Source: Verrucomicrobiales bacterium (lineage in GTDB: Bacteria; Verrucomicrobiota; Verrucomicrobiia; Verrucomicrobiales; V1-33). From it: 64,000 bases of DNA. The translations under genes were made by a program, and so were the position numbers. The notes under the pieces were generated by a model, which was not told where the DNA came from, did not search any database, and saw only the letters and a list, made by a program, of their open reading frames with translations. The stretch spans positions 1 to 64,000 of the forward strand of contig JANOAV010000105.1 of assembly GCA_031411295.1 (NCBI GenBank), in the 5' to 3' direction. Shown here piece after piece: positions 26,348-37,000 of this stretch (position 1 is the first letter of the stretch; each line of letters starts with the position of its first letter).

Positions 26348-27243
26348 AATCAAACGTGCTCCAGAATCAGGAAACGCTGCAACAACTGCGCCTGCGGGGC
26401 CAGCAGTTGGCGGAACTATTCCGGCTTCCGCTGCGCCACCACGTGTGGCGCGGGGGCAGTGGCGAGTTCGCTGGAGCGGGCGCGGGTAGCTCAATGGAAT
26501 TCCAGGATCATCGCGCTTATGCGGCGGGCGATGACCCACGGCACATCAATTGGCAAGCCTATGCCCGCACGGGGCAATACACCATGAAGGTCTTCCGGGA
26601 AGAGGTGCGCCCGATGGTGGATTTGATCTGTGACGTCTCCGCTTCGCAATGGTTCGATGACACTAAAGCGGCCCGCGTGGTGGAGTTGATGCATTTCGCC
26701 TCCGCCGCTGCCATCAAAGCGGGAGCATCTTTGCATACGTATCTCGTCAACGGGGGACAGGGGAAACTGATTGGCAATGAACTCCTCTGGACCAACCGCT
26801 GGGTCTCAGAGATTCCGCAGGCGATTCCTGCCAACGCCAACCCAGAAGCCCCCAATCTAACGAGTATTTCACTCCGGCCGCAGGCGTTGCGCATCCTGCT
26901 CTCAGATGCGCTCTATCCTGGCAGTCCCGAACCCATCCTCCGCGCGCTCAGTGAACGCCAGGGCCGTGGACTCATGTTGGTGCCATTTTGCGAAGCCGAA
27001 GCCGGAGTCCAGTGGGAGGGAAATTATGAATTCGTGGAACCCGAGAGCGAGACGCATCATTTGCGACGCGTCGATTCGCGATTGCTCAAGCGCTATCACG
27101 AAGCCTATCAACGGCATTTCCAACTCTGGAAAACGGAAACCCTGCGCTACGGCGTGCAATTCGCCAGAGTAGCCGCCGAACCCCTGCTGGAACAAGCCCT
27201 GCAGCAAGAAGCTCAGGCCACCGGCGTGGTCGAAATGGCCTAG
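26344..27243 (+). CDS. DUF58 domain protein (MoxR partner)
   Basis: GSSMEFQDHRAYAAGDDPRHINWQAYART...KVFREE...DVSAS. Confidence 0.9.
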   Translation: MKSNVLQNQETLQQLRLRGQQLAELFRLPLRHHVWRGGSGEFAGAGAGSSMEFQDHRAYAAGDDPRHINWQAYARTGQYTMKVFREEVRPMVDLICDVSASQWFDDTKAARVVELMHFASAAAIKAGASLHTYLVNGGQGKLIGNELLWTNRWVSEIPQAIPANANPEAPNLTSISLRPQALRILLSDALYPGSPEPILRALSERQGRGLMLVPFCEAEAGVQWEGNYEFVEPESETHHLRRVDSRLLKRYHEAYQRHFQLWKTETLRYGVQFARVAAEPLLEQALQQEAQATGVVEMA

Positions 27244-27408
27244 CCTTCAGGATCCATCACCGTTGGAGTTCTGGCAACCCAACACCACGTAACGCCGCCA
27301 TAGTCCAGGGCTTCAGCCCGTCAATCCCGCCCCGTGAATCAGACGTCTGAATCCACTTGGGACATGCCTGCGGGCAAAAGCCCCCGCCACATTTCCGGCA
27401 TGATCCTG

Positions 27409-27724
27409 ATTGGTAAAAGATGGGTGGTAAAAGATGAAGCCTTAGAGAGGCTGATCTAATCGGAAGGGCCTACCGCTGACGAGGGGGTTTCGTGACCCCG
27501 CCCATTTGCTTTTTCTTGATTACAAAACAATTGCCGCAAAAGATCGCAAGGAACGCAAAAACTCGATTGGTATTTGCGCTCTTTGAGTTCTTTTGCGGCA
27601 ATTGGCTCGAAAAAGAAATTATCAGTGAGCTTTCAGCCTCAGATTTAGCTTATCCTGTTTCCCCGCAGGTCAGGATGTCTGAGCCTATCCAACCCAATCT
27701 TTTACCAAAAATCTTTCACCAAAT
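27409..27724. repeat. Nested intergenic inverted repeats (MITE/REP-like)
   Basis: Outer arms: 2x tggtaaaagat at 14-bp spacing (27411, 27425) mirrored by atcttttacca/atctttcacca (27697, 27711). Inner arms: 27528-27559 and 27573-27604, 28/32 complementary, with ~9-bp GCAA periodicity. Confidence 0.75.
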
Positions 27725-27788
27725 CCCAACGAGGAGGAGGTGCGTCATGCTGGGCTGATGCTGCGGCGGTTCAGGAACGTATTGTCGC

Positions 27789-28886
27789 TCAGCTTTCGTC
27801 CATCCCCTCGGCTTCGGCCTCGGTGGCAGACGCATCCCCCTCATAGCGGGGGAATTTTGCCAGCGGCGTCACCACATTGGCCGGCAGTGGGCGCATCTTT
27901 TCCTGAATGTTCTTGGCCAGGAACGCGGACGTAGCATAGGCCTTGGTGAACATTTCCATTTTCGCATCAATGTTATCCACATGATGCAGCAGAATCGCCT
28001 CGGGGGTCTTCGGCAGCACCGGAGAGCCAAAGGCATACTCGCCATGATGGCTGGCAATGAGGTGTAGCAAGTGCAACCTAACATCCTCATTGGTCGGAAT
28101 GAATGCCATCCATTCCTCCAGCGGACTTGCGTCCAGCAGCTTCCGCCAGAGCTTGTTCACCAACTCAATTCCCAGAGTGATGTGGCCCAGCATTTCCCCA
28201 TGCTCACTGAAGGGCATGTTGAACCCATCGGCGGGATAACTGTTTTCCCACAGCTTCCCCACATCGTGAAATAGCACGCCCGTTAGCAGCAGATCACGAT
28301 TCGCCTCCGTATAAACACTGCACAGCGCGGCAGCGGAACGCATCATCATACTTACGTGCTCCACCAAGCCTCCGCGTCGGGCATGATGATAGTCACGTGC
28401 GGCCGCCGTGCGCAGGAACCGATCCCCGAAATCGGCAATAAACAACTCCGCCAAGCCTCGGAGGCGGGGATCGTGAATGCTGGCAATCAAATCCAAAATG
28501 TGGGCATAATCCACCGCCTGCTTTTCCCGCAGCGCCGGCGGCCCCTGCAGCAGCGTATCCTTTTCCTCCGTCGTGAGGGCGCGCAGCGACCAGTTCCGCG
28601 GCTCCAGACCATACGTGCCCAGCGTCCACTCCCCGGTCACGGCAATGAACGTTTGCGGCTTGAGCGGCTGGGCGATCGCAAACTGTGGCGCATCCCCCCA
28701 GATCCGCAGTGTGAAATGATCCTGCCCATCCGCCAGTTTCAATTCCAGAAAGGGATTCCCGCTCTTGGTCGGTTTCGTCTGAATGGATTCCAACTGAGCC
28801 CGCACCATCCCTTGACAGGTGGCGGTGGCGCTCGCCTGCTTGAGGCTGGCAATTGTAAAGACTTCGGCTAGTTCTGGGGTATCCAT
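27789..28886 (-). CDS. yhaM: YhaM-family OB-fold + HD-domain 3'-5' exoribonuclease
   Basis: TKSGNPFLELKLAD OB-fold; AARDYHHARRGGLVEH, FHDVGK, GHI, HLIASHHG..GSPVLPKTPEA..LHHVDNIDAK. Confidence 0.85.
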   Translation of the reverse strand: MDTPELAEVFTIASLKQASATATCQGMVRAQLESIQTKPTKSGNPFLELKLADGQDHFTLRIWGDAPQFAIAQPLKPQTFIAVTGEWTLGTYGLEPRNWSLRALTTEEKDTLLQGPPALREKQAVDYAHILDLIASIHDPRLRGLAELFIADFGDRFLRTAAARDYHHARRGGLVEHVSMMMRSAAALCSVYTEANRDLLLTGVLFHDVGKLWENSYPADGFNMPFSEHGEMLGHITLGIELVNKLWRKLLDASPLEEWMAFIPTNEDVRLHLLHLIASHHGEYAFGSPVLPKTPEAILLHHVDNIDAKMEMFTKAYATSAFLAKNIQEKMRPLPANVVTPLAKFPRYEGDASATEAEAEGMDES

Positions 28887-29026
28887 GTCCCGACTTCAGC
28901 GAGAAATCACCCCCAGAGCAAATGTAATTTGAAAAATCCTCGGATTTTTAGTTTCGCTGAGGAAAAAAATCGGTTTCTTGCGCCTCCGAAATCCCCTGCT
29001 TTCCAACCTAACTATTCAGAAACTGT

Positions 29027-29620
29027 ATGATCCGAGACATCGTAATCTTTGGTGACCCCGTCCTGCGGGAGAAGTGCGCCTTGGTGTCGGAAGTAACCGA
29101 TGCCATCCGCGCCCTGGCCGTGGATCTGGTGGACACCATGCATGCGGCCGAGGGTGTGGGATTGGCCGCCCCGCAAGTCGGCGTGGCCGTGCAATTGGCC
29201 GTAGTGGATGTGCGGGAAGCCAAGGATCCTCTAACCTACCTGCGCGTGAATGGCGTGGACAAGACCATGGAGGAAATGAACCCCCTCATTTTCACCAACC
29301 CCAAGCTCGAGTTCCCCACGCGCCCCAAAGACTCCATGAACGAAGGTTGCCTCAGTTTTCCCGAACTCCGTGCCCCGGTCACCCGACCCGAAGAAGTCCG
29401 CGCCACCGTCACCCTGCTGGACGGCACCACCATCCTCATCGAAACCGACGGCCTCTTCGGCCGCGCCATCCAACACGAGACCGACCACCTCAACGGCATC
29501 CTCTTCATCGATCGCACCACCCCCGCCGCCAAACTTTCCCTCAAAAAGAAAATTCGCATCATGCAGGAAGAATGGGGCGAAGCCTGGACCCCAACCCCAG
29601 GCCAGAATCCCGAGGATTAA
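29027..29620 (+). CDS. def: Peptide deformylase
   Basis: GVGLAAPQVG, EGCLSFP and QHETDHLNG motifs. Confidence 0.97.
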   Translation: MIRDIVIFGDPVLREKCALVSEVTDAIRALAVDLVDTMHAAEGVGLAAPQVGVAVQLAVVDVREAKDPLTYLRVNGVDKTMEEMNPLIFTNPKLEFPTRPKDSMNEGCLSFPELRAPVTRPEEVRATVTLLDGTTILIETDGLFGRAIQHETDHLNGILFIDRTTPAAKLSLKKKIRIMQEEWGEAWTPTPGQNPED

Positions 29621-29772
29621 ACGGAACGGCAGTTCCATCCCGCGGCCCCAGCAGTAATCCCGGAAATTACGGTAGTTCACGTCAATGCTTTCGCTAATAA
29701 TATAGCAGATGATTAAAGCTGCCGATTATTCCTACGCAATCCAAGGAGGCGAAATTTGATCTCAAAGTATTT

Positions 29773-31077
29773 ATGAAGTTCCTTCTCGCTCCACTTGTCT
29801 CGCTTGCATGCTTCATCTGCACGGCGCGGGCCCAAAGACTGGGAGTTGTCGATTCTCTTGCCACCGAGAAGGGGCCGGGACCGTGGACGGACCCTGTGGA
29901 GCTTAACGTGTGGCCGAACCAAACGAGCCGAGCCAATGGTGATCCCTGGCTGGTGCAGCATCATGACCAGATCCGGCAGATGCGACCACGTTTGCTGGTC
30001 ATCAATTTCTCCAACGTGCATGATCGCAATCACTTGGACGGTTTGATCACCAATCTGAGGTTGGCGATTGGTGAGTCGAGTCGCTATCATGGTTATGCGG
30101 ACGCCAAGGCTCCGGTTTTTCTTCAGTATGAGGTTTTCAAATTCGTGGATCTGCGGGATGCTGATCGTAAGCAGGGGGACTCGCGGTTGGTGCCAGTTAA
30201 GAACGTGGCGGCCACGACAGGCTTCAACATGAAGTATGCGGCGTTCTTCAGCGAGGAGTATGCCAAACATTACGGAGTGATCGATCCCAAGAACCCCGCG
30301 CGCTTCCTGCGATTGGATGAACTGCTGGAGATGGGCTATTGCCACGAAGTTTGGCTTTGTTTATCCGGGGCACCAGAGAATCCGCGAATCGGGGCCTACG
30401 AGGTGGTGGAACGCAAGCCACAGTATGACGAAAAATTCCAGGTGGTGAAAGGCGTCTCGTTGCAGGCTGGCAACGGTGGGGATGCCGATCAGCCTTGGAC
30501 GGGACGTTCGGTGCGAATCGGCACGGTGAATGCGAGCCGCGGGCCGGGTTGTTTCATGGAAAGCCTTTCTCATGGTATGGAGGGCACTGCAAATGCCAAT
30601 GCCATTCCCTATTTCACCCGCTACTTCCAAGACTATGCTGGTTTCAATTTGGACAAGAAGCTCAAGATGCCCTTCAATAGTCTTTACGCCGTCAATTATG
30701 GGCGCTCGGACATCCAGTATCCCGATCCGCACACAATGATTGTCTGGCATGGCGTGCGGGAATACCGGATCGATAATTATCTCTGCACTGGAGGCAACGC
30801 CCATTTTCCTCCGAATGGCCGCCGCCACTACGATCTGGACAATACCGCTCCCGTGCTCTCTACCATTGAGGACTGGCACATTGGCAGCGGCCCCGGCGGC
30901 AAAGATCTCGCCAAACCTTTTACAAATGCGGCCTTCCAGCAGTATCGTGGACTGGCTCCTGACTGTATGGGGCCGTGGCTCGTTTACTGGAGACAAAACA
31001 TGCCGGGACTGAAGAACCGGCAGAAGGCTGACGACGGGAAGTCCATGAAAAATTGGTGGCCATTTCTTTTCTACTGA
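29773..31077 (+). CDS. Hypothetical secreted protein
   Basis: 434-aa ORF with signal peptide; Trp/Tyr-rich globular composition; ends WWPFLFY; no recognised family. Confidence 0.75.
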   Translation: MKFLLAPLVSLACFICTARAQRLGVVDSLATEKGPGPWTDPVELNVWPNQTSRANGDPWLVQHHDQIRQMRPRLLVINFSNVHDRNHLDGLITNLRLAIGESSRYHGYADAKAPVFLQYEVFKFVDLRDADRKQGDSRLVPVKNVAATTGFNMKYAAFFSEEYAKHYGVIDPKNPARFLRLDELLEMGYCHEVWLCLSGAPENPRIGAYEVVERKPQYDEKFQVVKGVSLQAGNGGDADQPWTGRSVRIGTVNASRGPGCFMESLSHGMEGTANANAIPYFTRYFQDYAGFNLDKKLKMPFNSLYAVNYGRSDIQYPDPHTMIVWHGVREYRIDNYLCTGGNAHFPPNGRRHYDLDNTAPVLSTIEDWHIGSGPGGKDLAKPFTNAAFQQYRGLAPDCMGPWLVYWRQNMPGLKNRQKADDGKSMKNWWPFLFY

Positions 31078-31350
31078 CGAAATTTATCGGAGATACAATG
31101 GTTTTTTCTTCTCTGAATCAATCAATTTGGCAATTTCCATAGGTCATCATCGGAAATTCCTAGCCACAGGCGATTGCAGCAGGTGATAACTTTTGGTCGG
31201 GTGCCCCACGCATAACGTAATTTGTATTTCGAGCTTGCATCTACCCCGAAAAATTGTCTAGGATAAGCGGATCGGTCGCGAATTTTCCGCCTAGCCTGTG
31301 GGACGTTCCGTTGCTGACCAAAGTTTCACCCGCTTTCCCCAGGAATATTC

Positions 31351-32103
31351 ATGCCCATCCCTGCCGCAGCCACAGCAGCCAAGTTCCCGACCACACAGTG
31401 GACGGTCGTGCTGTCGCTGAAAGCGGCCGAAGGGAGTATGGCGCAGGCGAAGGCCATGAGGGAACTGTGTCAGGCCTATTGGTTTCCACTTTACGCCTTC
31501 GCTCGGCACCGCGGGCTACAGCGACAGGATGCGGAGGATGCGGTGCAGAGTTTCTTTGCTTCCACAGGAGATGCGGATTTCTTCCAAAAGGCGGAACAAC
31601 ATAAGGGTAAGCTGCGCACCTTCATTCTTACCGCCTTCACCCGCATGCTGCTGGATCATCGCGACCGCAGTCTGGCCCAAAAGCGCGGCGGTGGAGTGCC
31701 TCACCTTTCAATCGATGCCGACCAAGCGGAAGCTTGGCTGCTAGCCGACCCGAAATCCACGGAGGAAGATGCGGCCATGGCTTTCGAGCGCCATTGGGCC
31801 AAAAACATCATCCGCAGTGTCCTGGCGGAATTGGAAGCCGAAGCTGAGTTGACGCCAAAATCCGCCGCCCGGTTCCAGATTGTGAGCCGATTCCTCATGC
31901 CGGAGAGTTGTCTGGACTACACCATTCGCCAAGCCGCTGCCGATCTGGATATCAACGTGGCCACGTGCGAGAAAGCGATTCAACGCCTCCGCGCGCGCTT
32001 TCGACAAGCGGTCCGCAAGGAGGTTGCCAGCACCCTGAATCATCCTACGGAGGCTTCCATCACGGAGGAGATGATTCAACTCCAAAAAGCTCTAATTGAG
32101 TAA
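31351..32103 (+). CDS. ECF sigma-70 factor (PVC FxTTxW type)
   Basis: FPTTQWTVV N-terminus, LCQAYWFPLYAFAR, DAEDAVQSFF, GKLRTFI, QKRGGG, C-terminal HTH (IRQAAADL...AIQRLRARFR). Confidence 0.88.
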   Translation: MPIPAAATAAKFPTTQWTVVLSLKAAEGSMAQAKAMRELCQAYWFPLYAFARHRGLQRQDAEDAVQSFFASTGDADFFQKAEQHKGKLRTFILTAFTRMLLDHRDRSLAQKRGGGVPHLSIDADQAEAWLLADPKSTEEDAAMAFERHWAKNIIRSVLAELEAEAELTPKSAARFQIVSRFLMPESCLDYTIRQAAADLDINVATCEKAIQRLRARFRQAVRKEVASTLNHPTEASITEEMIQLQKALIE

Positions 32104-32111
32104 CCCAGCCG

Positions 32112-32561
32112 ATGTCACGCGAAGCAATCCCAACCTGGTTTTTTGTGCTCGTGGTGGTTCGTAAAGCTGATAAATTTCTGCTGGTTCACGAACGCAAGCA
32201 CGGTCAGAAATGGTATCTTCCTGCGGGAAGGATCGAACCCAGCGAGACAGTCATCCAGGCCGCCAAACGGGAAACATTGGAGGAGGCAGGCATTCGAATT
32301 ACGATTGAAGGGGTCCTGCGAATTCAGCACACGCCGATGGGGGATGGATCAGCTAGAGTGCGCTTCATTCTGCTGGCTCGGCCGGAAGATGACGCGCCGC
32401 CGAAAAGTGAGCCGGATGATGAGAGCCTGGGCGCTGCATGGATGACTCTAGACGAGGTCAAAAATGTCGCATTGCGAGGCAGCGAGGTTTTACAACTGTT
32501 TCAGTCCGCAACCGATGGCGCGCCGGTCTATCCGTTAGGTTTGGTTTCGGCGGAGTTCTAG
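32112..32561 (+). CDS. NUDIX hydrolase
   Basis: Nudix box WYLPAGRIEPSETVIQAAKRETLEEAG. Confidence 0.92.
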   Translation: MSREAIPTWFFVLVVVRKADKFLLVHERKHGQKWYLPAGRIEPSETVIQAAKRETLEEAGIRITIEGVLRIQHTPMGDGSARVRFILLARPEDDAPPKSEPDDESLGAAWMTLDEVKNVALRGSEVLQLFQSATDGAPVYPLGLVSAEF

Positions 32562-32592
32562 CAACCTTGCGCTAAGGGAGAACCGTGACTGG

Positions 32593-33819
32593 TTACACGG
32601 AGGGTTCGTGAAGTTTGAAGGCCTTGTGCACCACGCGGGCCGCTTCGTCGGCATGGGTTTGTTCCACGGTCACGGTGATTTTGATTTCGCTGGTGGAGAT
32701 CATTTGGATGTTGATACCAGCCTCGCCCAAGGCGGAGAACATGGTGGCGGCCACTCCGCTGTGGCTGCGCATGCCGATGCCGACGGCACTGAGTTTGGCG
32801 ATGCCATCGTCACTCAGGACTTCGACATTTCCGCCGATTTCCTGAGCGAGCGCTTCAAGCGCGGAGAGGGCTTTCTTCAGCTCATTCTTATGGAGGGTGA
32901 AGGAGATCCGGGCTTTGCCATCCTGACCCACGTTCTGGACGATCATGTCCACGTTGACGTTGGTGGTGCCAATGACGCCAAAGACGCGGCTGGCCACCCC
33001 GGGAATGTCCGGCAGGCCTTGGATGGTGATTTTTGCTTGATCACGTTCGAGGCTGATGCCGCGAATGACGACGGATTCCATGTTCATGGTTTCTTTGGTA
33101 ACGAGGGTTCCAGGATTATTATTCAAACTGCTGCGCACTTCAAAGGGCACGCCAAACTTATTCGCAAACTCCACGCTGCGGCTCTGCATCACTTTGCTGC
33201 CGCTGCTGGCCATTTCCAGCATTTCCTCATAGGAAATGACGGGAATCTTGGTAGCGTCCTTCACGATGCGGGGATCGCAGGTGTAAACGCCGTCCACATC
33301 GGTGAAAATCTGACAGAGATCAGCCTTGATAGCGGCGGCCATGGCGATGGCGGTGAGATCACTGCCGCCGCGGCCCAGGGTGGTTATTTGGCCCTCGGCG
33401 GTGCGACCTTGGAAACCAGCAATGACGACGATATTCCCATCGTTGAGCATGTCGTGCACTTCGGTGGGGGTGATGTTAGAGATCCGCGCCTTCGTGTGCA
33501 CGCCATCGGTCACGATGCCGGCCTGCGCTCCGGTTAGAGATACGGCTTTGCCACCCAGAGCGTTGATCGCCATGGCGGTTAGGGCGATGGTGGTTTGCTC
33601 ACCGGTGGACAGGAGCACATCCATTTCCCGTTCGGTGGGTTCGGCGGAGACTTCCCGGGATAGTTTGATGAGGTTGTCCGTGACCCCGGACATAGCGGAG
33701 ACCACGACGACCACGCGATTCCCCTCGCGCTGCGTGGCGAGGACGCGGCGGGCGACGTTGCAAATGCGTTCTGGGTTACCGACGGAGGTGCCGCCGTATT
33801 TCTGAACGATGGTGGCCAT
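32593..33819 (-). CDS. lysC: Aspartate kinase
   Basis: VQKYGGTSVG, VVSAMSG, TTLGRGGSDLTA, TDVDGVYTCDPR; two ACT domains (STSEIKI). Confidence 0.96.
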   Translation of the reverse strand: MATIVQKYGGTSVGNPERICNVARRVLATQREGNRVVVVVSAMSGVTDNLIKLSREVSAEPTEREMDVLLSTGEQTTIALTAMAINALGGKAVSLTGAQAGIVTDGVHTKARISNITPTEVHDMLNDGNIVVIAGFQGRTAEGQITTLGRGGSDLTAIAMAAAIKADLCQIFTDVDGVYTCDPRIVKDATKIPVISYEEMLEMASSGSKVMQSRSVEFANKFGVPFEVRSSLNNNPGTLVTKETMNMESVVIRGISLERDQAKITIQGLPDIPGVASRVFGVIGTTNVNVDMIVQNVGQDGKARISFTLHKNELKKALSALEALAQEIGGNVEVLSDDGIAKLSAVGIGMRSHSGVAATMFSALGEAGINIQMISTSEIKITVTVEQTHADEAARVVHKAFKLHEPSV

Positions 33820-34060
33820 GAAAATTTCGGATGATTGAGAGGTCTAAATTTAGAAACGGGGGCCATTTAATGAACGGGGATTTTCCCGGCGCAACTAGAA
33901 TAAGCTAATCTGGGAGGCTGATTTTCAAGAAACGGGACCCCCTAGAAATTTTCAGGTTTCAGATTGCGCAAATGAAGCGGTGAGGGGAGCATGGCACCCG
34001 CCAACGCGGTGGGGTAACTTTGCTGTCGCTCTGCTGTTAAGATTCGTATCGTTTGTCATT

Positions 34061-37000
34061 ATGAGATTACTGCCCATATTATTTACTGCCTTTACTTTGT
34101 CCTCCACTGCCTTCGCAGAGGAGGGATTTCGCCCAATATTTAATGGGAAGGATCTGACAGGTTGGGAGGGGAACCCTGAACTCTGGGCGGTAGAGGACGG
34201 TTGTATCACCGGTAAAACCACGGGGCCGGAGCAAATGAAATATAACCAGTTTCTGATCTGGACGGGTGGCAAGGTAAAGAATTTCGAACTGCGCCTCAAG
34301 GTGAAGCACAAAGGGAACAACACGGGCGTGCAGTATCGGAGCAAGGAGCTGCCTGAGAACGGGAAATGGTCGGTGGGCGGCTACCAATGCGATATGCATC
34401 CCAATGCGCCTTACAATGCCATGGTCTATGAGGAGCGGGGTCGTGGGATCATTACCCAAAACGGTCAGAGTGTGATCATCGATCCGCAGGGACAAAAATG
34501 GATTGTGGCCGAGCGGGAGCCGGTGAAGGTGGATCCGGCTGAATGGCATGACTACACGATCATTGCGCAGGGTAATCATTTAATTCATAAGATCGATGGG
34601 AAGGTCACAATTGATCTAACCGACCACGAGGAAAAGGCACGTGCGTTGGAAGGCATTGTGGCCTTCCAAATCCACCGGGGGCCAGCCATGGTGGTGCAGA
34701 TCAAGGATGTGGCCATCAAAGATCTGCCGGATGGTGGATTGGTGGCATTTGATGCCGCAGCGATCCCCAGCGATGCCCAGCAGCTGGGGAAACCCAATCC
34801 AAAGGCGAATCCAAAGGCCAAGCCCAAGGCCGCTCCGGCTGAGCCAGCTAAACCAGCCGAAACTCCCGTCGCGGCTGCGCCTAAGGCTAAGGCCAAGAAA
34901 TCCACGGGGACTGGCGAGGCGATTGGGGAAAACAAGGCCACTCCGGTGGGAAGGATCAAAGCAGCCAAAGATTTCAAAGTGGAACTGCTCTACTCTGTGC
35001 CCGGTGGAGATCAAGGTTCCTGGGTGAACCTGTGTGCCGACGACAAGGGACGCATTTATGCCAGCGATCAGTATGGCAGCTTGTATCGTTTCGCTGCACC
35101 GGCCCCCGGGCAACCGCTGGATCCGGCCAGTGTGCAGAAGGTTCCAGTCGAGATGCGCGCGGTGAATGGGATGTTGTTCGCCTTCGGTGCGCTCTATGTC
35201 GGCGTGAATGATTATGAAAGCAAAATTCAGAGCGGCCTCTATCGGCTCACGGACAGCAATGGTGATGATCAACTCGATAAGGTCGAACTACTCCGGGCCT
35301 TCGAATCCAAGGGCGATCACGGGGTGCATGCGATCCTGCCTACGCCTGATGGCAAAGGGCTCTACCTGATTACCGGCAACAATGCCAAGCCCACGCAGAC
35401 GGATGCCACTTCCCCCGTGCCCAGAGTCTGGGGCGACGACCATCTACTGCCACGGATGCCGGATGGGCGTGGTCACAATCGCGATGTCATGGCTCCGGGA
35501 GGCATTATTTACAAGGTATCGCCTGACGGTAAAGACTTCAAAATGTTCGCCTCCGGCTTCCGGAATATCTTCGATGCTGGCCTCAATCTGGACGGGGAAC
35601 TCTTCACTTATGACGCGGACATGGAGTATGACTTCAACACCTCATGGTATCGCCCCACGCGCATCAACCATGTCGTTAGCGGTGCCGAATACGGCTGGCG
35701 CAACGGGGCGGGAAAGTATCCGGAATTTTATGTCGATAACCTCCCGGCCACGCTCAACATCGGCCCCGGATCACCCACGGGCGTGACCTTCGGCTATGGC
35801 GCCAAGTTTCCTGCGAAATATCAAAAAGCGATGTTCGCGCTCGACTGGAGTTGGGGGAAACTTTACGCCGTGCATCTCACGGAGCAAGGTTCCAGCTACA
35901 CCGCCACCAAGGAGGAGTTCATTACTGGTTCCCCCTTGCCGCTGACCGATGCCATCATTCACCCCAAAGATGGCGCGATGTATTTTGCGATTGGCGGACG
36001 CAAAGTTCAGTCCGGATTATATCGTGTGACCTACACGGGGTCTGAAGCCACGACACCAATCGATCGGGCTCCCAAGACCACGCCTGCCCGCACCTTGCGC
36101 CATCAGTTGGAAGCATTTCATGGCAAACAAGACCCAGCTGCGGTCGCCACCGCTTGGCCGTATCTGAGCCATGAAGACCGCTTCATTAGTTGGGCGGCTC
36201 GGATCGCCATTGAGCACCAACCGGTGGCTACTTGGCAGGCCCGGGTGTTCAGTGAGACAGATCCTGCGAAACAGCTCCCAGCCTTGCTCGCGCTAACCGA
36301 AGTGAGCGGCACTTGCCCGACCCATCGCACCAAGGCTTCCGTGGTGGACACTGCCATGCGGGACCAACTCATCGCAGCGTTGTTGAAACTCGACTGGGCT
36401 AAGCTGACATTTACCCAACAACTCAGCTACGTGCGGATCATGGAGATCGTGCTGCACCGCTTTGGTAATCCCGACGATGCCACGGTGGCCAAAATCATTG
36501 CCAAGCTGGATCCGGCTTTCCCGTCCGAGAAATTTGAGCTGAACTGGCTGCTGTGCGAAACGTTGGCCTACCTGCAAGCGCCTACCACGGCCGCCAAAGG
36601 CATGGCGCTGATCGCTGCGGCTCCGAGTCAGGAGCCACAGATCGAATACGCCCGCAGCCTCCGATTCCTGACCGCGGGATGGACCAAAGAGCTGCGCACA
36701 GCACAACTCGAGTGGTTCCTGAAAGCGGCCAATTTCCGCGGTGGTTCCAGTTTCGATAAATTCATCGAGTTTATCCGTCACGATACGTTGGCATCCTTCA
36801 GTCCCGCGCATAAGACCGAACTGGCGGCCCTCATTGAGCAGAAGCCTGTGCGGAAATCTGCTCTGGAAAACGTGGGGGCAATGTTCGTGGGCCGCACGCC
36901 TACGATGTGGACTCTGGAGGACCTGAGCGCAGCCACCAAGGACGGCATGAAACATCGCAACTACGACAATGGACGCAAGATGTTTGGGGCCGCAGCGTGT

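Noticed and set aside
27492..27758. 88-aa ORF inside the nested palindrome
   Set aside because: Its translation simply mirrors the repeat arms; no RBS or family support.
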